Both the position numbers and the translations under genes were made by a program. Shown piece by piece: positions 28,976-38,346 of a DNA stretch of 64,000 bases (positions are counted from its first letter, which is position 1; every line of letters starts with the position of its first letter). The DNA is from an uncultured archaeon (GTDB lineage Archaea > Asgardarchaeota > Thorarchaeia > Thorarchaeales > Thorarchaeaceae). The notes under the pieces are model-generated. The model was given only the letters and a program-made list of their open reading frames with translations, was not told the origin of the DNA and did not search any database. Where the stretch lies: the NCBI GenBank assembly GCA_964473825.1, contig CAYYQL010000004.1:1-64000 (forward strand), written 5' to 3'.

Positions 28976-30643
28976 GTGGAAGTCTTTCCGATTATTGTAG
29001 ACGGTGAAGAGGTCGATACCGGGCACTATGTGTCTTTTCCGGATATGGACAAGGTCTCGGTTGATCCGGGTCTGGCAATAGCACTTCAGCTTCATGAGGC
29101 TTCAGGAACACAGCGTTTGGTTTTCGCAAGGTTCCCCCGATTGATCCCCACAAAGTCCGCTGAGATGCGATACCTTCGCGACTATCGTAACGCCCATGGT
29201 GTGCCCAAGTATTCCAATGATGAATTGGAGGAGGTAACCTACGCAAAGGTATCTTTAGCACGCGAAGAGGACATTAAACGTGCTCTTCTGTCAGGCCTCA
29301 GGGATCATGACAAGCTCTTCAATCCATTCCGCGTTGAGGGCATGGGAGTCACACTAGATGATAGGGTCGATGCTCTCTACAAAGCAGGTCTGGCTGTCAA
29401 AGACCGGTTCAAAGAAGTCAGGGACATATCCGTTAAAGAAGGTGTGCCAATCAAGACCTTTGAATGGACTTGGAGTATGTTCACAGAGTATCTGGAACGA
29501 GAGACGTTCGAACTCTGGGGGGAGCATCTGGATGTTGTGGCTGACCCTGGTCGTGATGGCGGAAGGAACTATCGATTTAGAGAACCATTTGGTGTTGCAT
29601 GCCTCTTCACTCCCTACAATTCGCCTCTTGCCCTGGGCATCCTCAGTATCACATCATCAATACTTGCAGGAAATGCGACCATTCTGAAGCCACCCAGCAA
29701 AGTTCCACTCAGCACTATTCTACTCACCAAGATATTCTCTCAGACCTTTACAGAACTCGGATTACCCAATGCAATGATCCAGACACTAACTGGCGGAGGT
29801 AAGAAGATGATGCGCCGTCTGATGAATGACCCCGCAGTAGGCGCATTGGTCTGGTACGGAGATAGCGATACAGGTATCACTCTCTGGTCCCAAGCAGTTA
29901 CTAATAGGATCCAGATGGCTCCTGAACTGGCTGGAAGCGATGCTTGCCTTGTGTGGGGGCGCGATGTGGATCTCTCGTCTGCAGCCAAGATGATTGTGAA
30001 GGGTAGATTCCTTGGTAGCGGCCAAGCATGCATGGCCGTTAAACGACTTCTTGTGCAAGAGGAACTCCATGATGAACTTGTGCGTCTTGTAGTGGAGGAG
30101 ACCAAGAAACTCAAGGTGGGTCGCCCGTCGGACAAGGAAACGAGCCTTCCGCCGATAGGGCTTACCGCGCTATATCTTCTCATCGACCAGTTGGCAGATG
30201 CACTTGCCAAAGGCGCCAAGATCGAAACTGGCGGGTACCGTTGCAACTACCTAGGAGAGCATGACCCTGCAGGAGTATTCTTCAAACCCACAGTCATTAC
30301 CGAGGCTTCACTTGACATGAGAGTAATGCAGGAAGAGGTCTTTGCCCCAGCTCTTCCTGTTCGAAGAGTGCAGAGTGTCGAGGAGGCCATTGAGATTGCC
30401 AATATGTCACGTTTTGGTCTAAGGTCTTCAGTCTTCACTGATGATGTCGAGGTGAGGATGAAATGGGTCAAGGGCGTGGAGGCTGGCGGTGTTACCGTCG
30501 GACAGGATCATCTCTATTTCGACCCCTACATGCCTCATCTGGGCGGATACAAGGACTCAGGCATAATCGGTGGCAAGTACTTCCCCGAGATGCTGACACG
30601 AATGAAATATGTGCATGCAGGTCCGGATGTAGAGCTCGTATGA
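28976..30643 (+). CDS. Aldehyde dehydrogenase family protein (divergent, with N-terminal insertion)
   Basis: TPYNSP, ILKP, ELAG, GQAC (catalytic Cys), EEVFAP and GGYKDSG. Confidence 0.88.
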   Translation: MEVFPIIVDGEEVDTGHYVSFPDMDKVSVDPGLAIALQLHEASGTQRLVFARFPRLIPTKSAEMRYLRDYRNAHGVPKYSNDELEEVTYAKVSLAREEDIKRALLSGLRDHDKLFNPFRVEGMGVTLDDRVDALYKAGLAVKDRFKEVRDISVKEGVPIKTFEWTWSMFTEYLERETFELWGEHLDVVADPGRDGGRNYRFREPFGVACLFTPYNSPLALGILSITSSILAGNATILKPPSKVPLSTILLTKIFSQTFTELGLPNAMIQTLTGGGKKMMRRLMNDPAVGALVWYGDSDTGITLWSQAVTNRIQMAPELAGSDACLVWGRDVDLSSAAKMIVKGRFLGSGQACMAVKRLLVQEELHDELVRLVVEETKKLKVGRPSDKETSLPPIGLTALYLLIDQLADALAKGAKIETGGYRCNYLGEHDPAGVFFKPTVITEASLDMRVMQEEVFAPALPVRRVQSVEEAIEIANMSRFGLRSSVFTDDVEVRMKWVKGVEAGGVTVGQDHLYFDPYMPHLGGYKDSGIIGGKYFPEMLTRMKYVHAGPDVELV

Positions 30644-31989
30644 GTTCCAGTAGAGAGAAGGTTGAGAGATCATCTGACTCAAGGCGGATAAGGGTACTTG
30701 CCATAGAGCTACTCACACAGTATGATCAATCCGACTCCTCACTGAAAGATATCCTTCGAAGGTCTAGAAATGCCCAGCAGATTGGGGAACAGAACATAGG
30801 GGGGGTTGAGGCACTCTGTCTTGGAGTTGTCCGATTCTTGAACACAATAGACTTTCTCATTGCTCGGTGCTTGACCGGCGTCCCCCTGAGTCGACTCACT
30901 AGGAGAGAGAGAAACGCGCTGCGGCTTGGCGCATTCGAGGTCGTCTGGAAGCACAGGGACTGCAGCGAGATAGCTGAAGGTTATCTATCCAGGTATGCAG
31001 ATGCGAAAGAAGCCCTTGCATGCATAGGTCAGGTCCATCTGGAAGAATACATGGGAGGTCTGACTATCTCTGAGCGGTTGAGTATTGAATACTCTCATCC
31101 TAGTTTTCTCGTGGAAGTTCTTCTGAAGCATCTTGGAGAATCCTCGGCTATCGACTTGATGAAGGCGAACAATAGGCCGCCTGCTAATTATGTTCGACCC
31201 AATCTTCTCCTTGACGCCGCAAGTGCAGGAATTCGTGAGATCATCGATGAAGGTGTTTCTCTTCGAGAGGATAGTGATTTGGCCGGTCTGTACCGTTTGA
31301 GTGATTCGGCAGAGAGTGTCATCCGATCTGAGGGCTATAGATCGGGGTATGTGCTTCTACAAGACAAGAGCAGTGTGTTCGCAGTTCATGCATTGTCTCC
31401 CCAGGGTGGGGATATCGTCTGGGATGCTTGTGCGGCTCCTGGCATGAAGACACAGCTTATCTGGGAACAGATGAACGAAAAGGGACGCCTCGTGGCTACC
31501 GATCTCAGTGCCAGCCGACTGCGAGTATCTGTGAGACGGTCCCAGAGACTCGGTTATGAGAAGGTGGCATTCTTGAGGGCAGATGCCACAAGACCAGTCA
31601 TATCTGATGCGGAGAAGATACTCATTGATGCGCCTTGTACTTCTACTGGTATCCTATCAAACAACCCATCATTCAAGTGGCGGTTGAACAAGAAGACTCT
31701 ATTCGATCTCATGGCCATTCAGAATAAGATGCTTGATGCTATACTCTCCGCCTACTCCGAACGACCTGGAACGGAGATAGTATATTCAACATGCTCACTG
31801 CTCCCCCACGAGGGCGAATCGCAAATCGACTCAGCACTAACGAGGCACTCAGTCGAGCTGGTCGATTTACCTGCTGTTGGTGAGAGGGGCTATCGAGGGT
31901 TCAGGTGTTCTCCCTGGGTGCGTCGTTTCTTTCCTCATCTTCATGACACCAACGGATTCTTTGTTGCGAAACTGCGAATCACCCGCTGA
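30640..31989 (+). CDS. RsmB/NOL1/NOP2/Sun RNA m5C methyltransferase with NusB-like N-domain
   Basis: WDACAAPGMKT, IDAPCTSTG and VYSTCS motifs. Confidence 0.9.
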   Translation: MSSSREKVERSSDSRRIRVLAIELLTQYDQSDSSLKDILRRSRNAQQIGEQNIGGVEALCLGVVRFLNTIDFLIARCLTGVPLSRLTRRERNALRLGAFEVVWKHRDCSEIAEGYLSRYADAKEALACIGQVHLEEYMGGLTISERLSIEYSHPSFLVEVLLKHLGESSAIDLMKANNRPPANYVRPNLLLDAASAGIREIIDEGVSLREDSDLAGLYRLSDSAESVIRSEGYRSGYVLLQDKSSVFAVHALSPQGGDIVWDACAAPGMKTQLIWEQMNEKGRLVATDLSASRLRVSVRRSQRLGYEKVAFLRADATRPVISDAEKILIDAPCTSTGILSNNPSFKWRLNKKTLFDLMAIQNKMLDAILSAYSERPGTEIVYSTCSLLPHEGESQIDSALTRHSVELVDLPAVGERGYRGFRCSPWVRRFFPHLHDTNGFFVAKLRITR

Positions 31990-32947
31990 CACGCCTGTAC
32001 ACAAAATCCATGACCCGTCTGCCGAATTCCTTATCATCTTTGAATGACCAAGGGATTCTGAGAAACAGTTTTCTCGCTTTGTTTATTGCTTCCTCATCTC
32101 TGCTGACATGTGCTCTGAAGACCAGTTTCGCCCACTGGAAGCAAACACTCTCTTGGAAACGGTCTCTGAAGCCGGAATTTGCCGCTGTCTCTGTCAGGTA
32201 TGATATTCCCTCCTTTGGTTTACCTAGCATGAGGTCAGCTAGGGCTCCAAGACATGCAAAAGTCACTGCATTTTGGACTACTCCGGAGGCGACGAAAGTG
32301 TCGGCACCCTCTTTATACTCCCTTGCTTTCTTGTTGTATAGCTGCCTTCCCTCGACAATAACCAGCTCGTTCTTCATTTCATCTCTCTTTACTCTCTTGA
32401 GGGCAGCCCCACCTAGTACGGCCGCCTTCAGTTCCGCCTGCATCACTTGTACATCATCATCTTCAGCTGATTCCCTGGCCTTGGCCACCATCTTTTCTCC
32501 CGCCTTTACTAGTTTCTCTCTTAGTGAGGATTCTGATAGGGCCGGGTCTTCGGTGGCAGTCCCTTTTTCGTAGACTGATCGGCCATAGCGGAAGACCTCA
32601 TATGCTCTCTCAATCAGACCATTCTTTGTGGCAAGTTCAATGGCACGGATACAGGCAAGGATTGCATTATCTGTTTCTGCTAGGTTCTCGAATTGAGTGG
32701 CCGATTCAATGAACCAGAGAATAGCATCTGTGCTGTTATCATCTGCTAGCTCTTTTCCCTTGTATAACGAGCTATAAGCGTCAATGCAGATCAGTGAGCG
32801 GTCGAACCTAGTGCACTTGGCTTCCACTTCCGGACGTGGAAGTTCTTGCTTCCTCATCTCACAGTAGTTGCTCGAATCGTCTGACCTCAACCATGAACAT
32901 GTTTCTTCTTCTGTCAAGAGACAACCTCCCGAGTGTATCTGATTCAC
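31979..32947 (-). CDS. Alpha-helical repeat protein, possibly SNAP (NSF attachment protein)-like
   Basis: TPR-like Ala-rich helices; the C-terminal F.ES.....K....AH...D.E pattern resembles alpha/gamma-SNAP. Confidence 0.6.
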   Translation of the reverse strand: MNQIHSGGCLLTEEETCSWLRSDDSSNYCEMRKQELPRPEVEAKCTRFDRSLICIDAYSSLYKGKELADDNSTDAILWFIESATQFENLAETDNAILACIRAIELATKNGLIERAYEVFRYGRSVYEKGTATEDPALSESSLREKLVKAGEKMVAKARESAEDDDVQVMQAELKAAVLGGAALKRVKRDEMKNELVIVEGRQLYNKKAREYKEGADTFVASGVVQNAVTFACLGALADLMLGKPKEGISYLTETAANSGFRDRFQESVCFQWAKLVFRAHVSRDEEAINKARKLFLRIPWSFKDDKEFGRRVMDFVYRRVSG

Positions 32948-33023
32948 TGTTCATTTGGAATCTCTCAGTTGTCCCTAAAAAGGCAATGCTAGTTGTATCG
33001 ACATATTTAACTGAAAACGCAAT

Positions 33024-33440
33024 GTGCCTCGTTCTGAGGGAATACTCCTGAACGATGATGACGAACTCTCGATGATTCGGAGGAGAAAGATGGCTCAGCT
33101 GATGAAGAAGCAGGAGCAGCTGGAGGCCGACAGAGAAAAGAAGGAGAAAGCCTCAGAGCGGCAAGAAGCGATTCTAAAGAGATTCCTTGCCCAAGACGCA
33201 CAAGAATATCTCAAGACCCTAAAAGAATGCGAGCCTGCTGTTGGAGCGCGAGTTCAAGAGATCATTCTGTATCTGATAGTCTATCGCGAAATACGACAGG
33301 TCTTCTCTCAGATTGATGTAAGGTATATTGAACGCCAGATAAAGGGTGAGGAACCAAAGATTCGTGTTCACAGGGACGGGGAGACCTCAGACTTCGGGGA
33401 GTATGTTCGTGATGCAATCAAGAAAGATTCCAACGACTAA
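33024..33440 (+). CDS. PDCD5-like double-stranded DNA-binding protein
   Basis: DDELSMIRRRKMAQL N-terminus and helical core; C-terminal KIRVHR. Confidence 0.75.
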   Translation: MPRSEGILLNDDDELSMIRRRKMAQLMKKQEQLEADREKKEKASERQEAILKRFLAQDAQEYLKTLKECEPAVGARVQEIILYLIVYREIRQVFSQIDVRYIERQIKGEEPKIRVHRDGETSDFGEYVRDAIKKDSND

Positions 33441-34336
33441 CCGAGTGCCATTGCCCTTTGCTTCCACTCCCTGACTTTGTATTGTAACCCATCAATGTCC
33501 GCCGGTTTGGATTTCCATTTGTTGGCTGTTCGACGCATCTCAAAGATCAATGCTCCTCCTCGAGCAAGTTTCTGTTCTAGGATGTCCACTGCCTTTTCAA
33601 CCGCTTCTGCTATGTTCTCATGCCCCTCGGTCTTGCTTATTATCGTCCCGAGCTCATCAAAGATTTGAACGGGCTCTGCGGTCTTCCACTTGTCCAATGG
33701 AATCGGTGCTACCCGATACTTCTTGCTAGGGATCACCATCTGACCATCTTGGACTTCTATCTCCTCTGCATTCTGTAACTTGTCGATTATGCCCAGGGTC
33801 TCTGACATATCTGCAACTATGACTGCAGCAATCTCTTCGATGCTGATTTTCCTCTTGTTTAGAACGAGGTTGAGGACTTTGTACTTGGGATCTCCAACCT
33901 CCATGACCGTTTCTCTAAGCTTCTCTCTTGCCCCCTCTTCATCATTGAGCAGAGCCATTGCAGCACCGGAGAGCTTCTGAAGATCCTCCGAAAGCATGTC
34001 CGCCTTCCTCTTGGTCGCCTGCAGGCTTTCTTCCAACGTATGATTGCTCTCTGCTGGGCTTTTTTTGGAGTAGCTCTCTTTCTGACTCGATCTTATGTCA
34101 CGCATCTGCTGACCTACGCTATCTAGAGCGTCCTTTGTGCGACTTAGTTCGGACTGCAAGATTCGGATTTCATCGTCCTTTCTCTCAATAGTACGTTCCA
34201 ACTCTTCCACTTGCTGACCAAGAGCATGCGCTCGCTTCTGACTTCCAGAGAGTTGTGCTTGTAGCACCTCAAGCTTCTGATTCAATGATGCAATCTGCAG
34301 TGTCTTCTCTTTTAGTCGGTCATTGGAATCTGACAT
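33437..34336 (-). CDS. Coiled-coil + winged-helix + helical bundle protein
   Basis: About 140 aa of heptad repeats, then DPKYKVLNLV...ISIEEIAAVI...IIDKLQNAEEIEV (wHTH-like). Confidence 0.75.
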   Translation of the reverse strand: MSDSNDRLKEKTLQIASLNQKLEVLQAQLSGSQKRAHALGQQVEELERTIERKDDEIRILQSELSRTKDALDSVGQQMRDIRSSQKESYSKKSPAESNHTLEESLQATKRKADMLSEDLQKLSGAAMALLNDEEGAREKLRETVMEVGDPKYKVLNLVLNKRKISIEEIAAVIVADMSETLGIIDKLQNAEEIEVQDGQMVIPSKKYRVAPIPLDKWKTAEPVQIFDELGTIISKTEGHENIAEAVEKAVDILEQKLARGGALIFEMRRTANKWKSKPADIDGLQYKVREWKQRAMALG

Positions 34337-34420
34337 TTCGCCTTCCCAGTGTTTAGGACACCGGTGACGATAAAAAGGAAATTGCGTGTGTATTCATAGG
34401 ACCTTGAGAGCGTTAATGAA

Positions 34421-35188
34421 ATGCGGCTATTTGACTCACATACACACTTAGATATGAAACACTACCAGCATGACCTCAATCAGGTCATTGAGCGTGCTGT
34501 CAATGCAGGCGTGGTCGGAATGGTCACGAGTTCAATCGGGCCCGGATCTTTTCGCCGCACCCTTGGTATCGTTGAAAAACACCCGGGTCTGGTCTATCAT
34601 ACTGCAGGGACATCTGTCTCGAGGCTCACTCGCGAAGAGGCCGATAAGATCATACATCTCGCCAAGAAATACCGAGATCAAATCATTGCAGTGGGCGAGG
34701 TCGGTCTTGACTATCACTGGGTAAGGGATGACGCAGGTCGAAGGGCTCAAGAGCCGCTGTTTGAGAGTTTCATTGATTTGGCAATGGAGTTGGAGTTGCC
34801 ATTGGTGATTCATTCCAGGAAAGCTGAGGCTCGGGCAACTGAGTTCATAGAGAAACGGTTTCATGGTTCAGTTTTGATGCATTGCTTCGAGGGTTCAGCA
34901 GAAGATACCAGACGCATCAGGGACAACGGTTGGTCGATTACGCTACCGGCGAATTTTGCTAAGTATAGAAAACGAGTGGAAGCAGCCAAGATTCTTCCCC
35001 TTGAACAGATCATGCTTGAAACCGATGGCCCGTATCTCTCTCCTGTCGAGGGGCGAAACGAACCCGCCAACATAATACATGGATGTGAGAGTCTTGCTGC
35101 GATACTAGACCAAGATATGAGCTTTATCGCAGAACAGACTACACGTAACGCTCTTTCCTTTTATGGTATCAAATCGGGCAACCGATAG
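34421..35188 (+). CDS. tatD: TatD family nuclease
   Basis: DSHTHL, GEVGLDY, IHSR, MHCF, LETDGPYL and NEP motifs. Confidence 0.92.
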   Translation: MRLFDSHTHLDMKHYQHDLNQVIERAVNAGVVGMVTSSIGPGSFRRTLGIVEKHPGLVYHTAGTSVSRLTREEADKIIHLAKKYRDQIIAVGEVGLDYHWVRDDAGRRAQEPLFESFIDLAMELELPLVIHSRKAEARATEFIEKRFHGSVLMHCFEGSAEDTRRIRDNGWSITLPANFAKYRKRVEAAKILPLEQIMLETDGPYLSPVEGRNEPANIIHGCESLAAILDQDMSFIAEQTTRNALSFYGIKSGNR

Positions 35189-35219
35189 TGCAATAACTGG
35201 AGTCGTCATAGGATAACCT

Positions 35220-36029
35220 ATGAATAACAGGAACCATCTCTACTCGCGGAAGTACCTAGATGTAGACTCATCCTCGTTGTCGAATCCTGTTGTCGTAATG
35301 GGTCTTCCGGGCATTGGAAATGTAGGCAGGATTGCTGTTGAAACCCTTGGGCAGATCATCGACGCACAGTTATTCATGGAAGTCTTTAGTCCAGATAATC
35401 CTCCAAAGGTGTTCGTGAAGGATGGTCTGTCACATTTCCCCAGGTCCTCCATCCATCTTTATAGGTCCGCCCCCGATGAGGAGCACGACCTACTGATTGT
35501 CATGGCTGATTTTCAGCCTGCAGGTGGCAGAGGCGTTTTCGAATACGCGGATTTCATGGCACAGCAATTCACGTTCTTGGGTGTAGAACAAGTGTACGCT
35601 TTGGCTGCGTATGAACAGGACTACAAGAGCTTCTTTGCTTCATACCCCTCTCAACCCAGAATCTTCCTGTCTGCGAGTGAGCAGGCGATCCTCTCCTCTC
35701 TGTTAGAGCTATCAGATACTGTGAAGACAGAGAACGGTATCATTACAGGTGCAAATGGAATCGTTCCGGTATGGGCATCAACTATGTACAACATGGAGAG
35801 TGCCTGTCTTCTTGGCGAGACAATCGGTATGATCAAGATGGATTATCGCTCTGCTAAGAAGGTCTTGGAGACCCTGTGTTCTCACCTTGGAGTCAAGGCT
35901 GACATCAGTGTTCTCGATGAAGGGGAAGCCAAGGTTGAGAAGTTCATCGACTGGGCCAAGAGTGAAATGGAAAACATAGAGTCTGTTTCGGAATCCGAGG
36001 AAAGCCCCTCAGATCGTTATATCGGCTAG
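35220..36029 (+). CDS. PAC2 family (proteasome assembly chaperone-like) protein
   Basis: GLPGIGNVGRIA, CLLGET and the C-terminal YIG tail. Confidence 0.85.
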   Translation: MNNRNHLYSRKYLDVDSSSLSNPVVVMGLPGIGNVGRIAVETLGQIIDAQLFMEVFSPDNPPKVFVKDGLSHFPRSSIHLYRSAPDEEHDLLIVMADFQPAGGRGVFEYADFMAQQFTFLGVEQVYALAAYEQDYKSFFASYPSQPRIFLSASEQAILSSLLELSDTVKTENGIITGANGIVPVWASTMYNMESACLLGETIGMIKMDYRSAKKVLETLCSHLGVKADISVLDEGEAKVEKFIDWAKSEMENIESVSESEESPSDRYIG

Positions 36030-36030
36030 A

Positions 36031-36225
36031 CTAGCTCTCCACCGAATCCGGATGCAGTATATCCGTTACCCAAGCCCTGCTATCGAGGTTCACATAGAAG
36101 TAGTGATCCTTGTGGACTACCTTCACGGTAAACGGAAATCGAGTTGCATTATCCGTGATATTCTCAGGTATCCTCAATACAGTCTTGGCACCACAGACAG
36201 GACAGTCGGCATATCTATCGGGCAT
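36031..36225 (-). CDS. Small zinc-binding protein (CxxC...HxxH)
   Basis: CPVC ... RFP ... HKDH, 64 aa. Confidence 0.7.
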   Translation of the reverse strand: MPDRYADCPVCGAKTVLRIPENITDNATRFPFTVKVVHKDHYFYVNLDSRAWVTDILHPDSVES

Positions 36226-36262
36226 TTAGCTCACATCGGTCCATTTCTCACTAGTGTTAAAC

Positions 36263-36667
36263 TCACTCAATGACCACAGAGGTTTCACTGATGACTAGTC
36301 TTGCATCATAGGAGGCGGGGTCTTCTAGGGGCTCCGTAAAGAGTTTGATGATGTCTTCAGGATTCCCCTCGCTCACAGCTTCATTGTCCGTCGCAACTAT
36401 TCTCAGGTTTTCGTAGACTTTCGCTTGAGCAAGAATCCTATAGGAGTCTAATCCGTTCTGGATCGATAAGATCAGATATCTATCGAAGTCCTTGAACTCA
36501 CTCTTCGGTCCCTTCAGAGTTGCCTTCATTCTATCGATGGCACCACTGGCTGTTATACGCTCAAGGAGGTATGCTCTCACAATCTGATTGCCCACTTTCT
36601 TCCTGATATCAATGAAGGTCTCTTCTTGACCATCTGCTCTCGTTAGGGTCCATGTCTTTCTAGTCAA
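36263..36667 (-). CDS. Hypothetical protein
   Basis: 134-aa ORF co-oriented with the zinc protein. Confidence 0.7.
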   Translation of the reverse strand: MTRKTWTLTRADGQEETFIDIRKKVGNQIVRAYLLERITASGAIDRMKATLKGPKSEFKDFDRYLILSIQNGLDSYRILAQAKVYENLRIVATDNEAVSEGNPEDIIKLFTEPLEDPASYDARLVISETSVVIE

Positions 36668-36815
36668 GGAATCATCAATCCTATGATTACATCGATGAGA
36701 TTAGACAAAACAGGTTATAGGAATTGCTTGCACTTATGTCTGTTATTACGCGGAATATCTTTATTTGTCGGTAACTCCTCATTTCTTCAGGTCCATCCTG
36801 TTAGGTGAAAGTCAG

Positions 36816-37535
36816 ATGATGCAGACAATTGACATGGCTATCCGAGAAGCCCATATCGGGCTTTGGTTTTTGGTCGTTGGTTACTATTTCTTCTTGTTCA
36901 TATTCCTGCTATTCTTTAGATGGCGGAACACAAGGAATCCCTTCCAATTCGCAATGGCCCTGTTCTTTCTGCTTCTGGCTCTTGGACGTGCTTTCTACTT
37001 CGTCGGTGACTTCTATGCAGACCCGACTTCCCTTTATGGAGGTCTTCCCGACCTTGGTGTCACTGTCTTCCTTCCTGATGCATCACCGTGGCTAGCTATG
37101 GGTGCTTTCCTCCAATGGATGGCCTTGGCAACCCTGTCTGCAACAGCAGGGTTCATGATATTCGGGAAGAGATGGGCGGAGATAGCTTTCGCTATTCCAG
37201 CGATTCTGATCGGTGTAGTTCTTGCTGCTGTACCTCTTGATTACTGGACAAGAACATCTCTAGCCGGGCTCGCCGGACTCGTCTATGCTCTCTTCATACC
37301 AGGCCTCTTCTGGTATCTATCATATGTTTCTGGAGGCCTCCTCCGAAGATCCAACTTTATGTTAGGTCTTGGATTCATGGTGCTCTTCGCAGGGCGGGTT
37401 GTGCATGCAGGACGACACTATCTTGCGGATATGATATTCGGCTCGTACACCGTTCCCGGTGTGCTTGCACCAGGCCTGATAGTCATTGCTCTCATTCTCA
37501 TAGCAGTAGGAAATGAGTGGTCCACAAAAGGATAG
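36816..37535 (+). CDS. Stand-alone 7-TM membrane protein
   Basis: About seven hydrophobic segments; AGGTGA ribosome-binding site before the ATG at 36816. Confidence 0.8.
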   Translation: MMQTIDMAIREAHIGLWFLVVGYYFFLFIFLLFFRWRNTRNPFQFAMALFFLLLALGRAFYFVGDFYADPTSLYGGLPDLGVTVFLPDASPWLAMGAFLQWMALATLSATAGFMIFGKRWAEIAFAIPAILIGVVLAAVPLDYWTRTSLAGLAGLVYALFIPGLFWYLSYVSGGLLRRSNFMLGLGFMVLFAGRVVHAGRHYLADMIFGSYTVPGVLAPGLIVIALILIAVGNEWSTKG

Positions 37536-37609
37536 GCATCTGCAGAATTGGCCGTCCTTGTAAGTTGAAAGGCCAAGCGGCTGACCTTGCACATGATAGT
37601 TGCAAGAAT

Positions 37610-38227
37610 TCATTCAGAACCGATTTCTTTCCATTCGAGCATCTGCATATCTTCCAAGTCGTGAAGAGCTTTCTGGACATCTCTTAGATGTTTACCAATC
37701 TGGTCGGCAATAGCACGAGTCGTCAGTTTTCCCTTGCACATCTCCGCCACCTCGAAAGTGGACTGCTCAAGCTGACCGAGCCTGACCAGCATGGGTGAAA
37801 CCCGCCCCTTGAGAACTGGAACTAGCACCTTCTTCTCAGAGGCTTTCCCCATCTTGGTTATCTCATCAATCTTGTCGGTGAATAGGTCAAAACGCTCAAG
37901 GTCTCCGTCCCAGTCCTTGATATCCTCCCCGTATTTCCGGACAAACGCGTTGTTCACATCGGCCAAGATGGCCATAGCTGCATTAGTGTCATCTGTCTTG
38001 TCAACAGAACCGGCCACAATCACGTCATTTCTCAGTGAAAGGCAGATATCGAAGGCCCCAAAGTCAATCACGTGGACTTTGTTGCCTGAGCTCAGCTCAC
38101 GGCCAAACTGAATGAGGGCTGTCAGAAATCCGCTGATCAGATTTGGATCCATTGTTGCTTCTCCATACTTCCGGTCAACAACGCACAACCCGCTCTCTGC
38201 AACTAGGACATATACTGCCTGAATCAA
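37610..38227 (-). CDS. Longin-like domain + C-terminal winged helix (NPRL2-like architecture)
   Basis: SGLC..DRKY...DPNLISGFLTALIQFGREL longin signature; C-terminal VPVL...CKGKLTTRAIADQIG...VQKALHDL HTH. Confidence 0.75.
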   Translation of the reverse strand: MIQAVYVLVAESGLCVVDRKYGEATMDPNLISGFLTALIQFGRELSSGNKVHVIDFGAFDICLSLRNDVIVAGSVDKTDDTNAAMAILADVNNAFVRKYGEDIKDWDGDLERFDLFTDKIDEITKMGKASEKKVLVPVLKGRVSPMLVRLGQLEQSTFEVAEMCKGKLTTRAIADQIGKHLRDVQKALHDLEDMQMLEWKEIGSE

Positions 38228-38346
38228 TGAGTTAGTCTCCGCTCACTGGCTTGTCTTACGAGTATCGCATTTCGGTATATATCAGTTCGTGTGCTCTATT
38301 GGTTTGAAGAGCTAGCCTTATTATCCCATCAAGAGGGTAATGGTCG

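Noticed and set aside
30463-30639. N-terminal extensions of listed ORFs (also 2184, 2818, 40320, 45013, 50939)
   Set aside because: They overlap neighbouring genes or promoters; downstream starts fit the family N-termini and ribosome-binding sites better.
33437-34336. SMC/Rad50 chromosome segregation ATPase
   Set aside because: No Walker A/B or signature motif, and the protein is too short.
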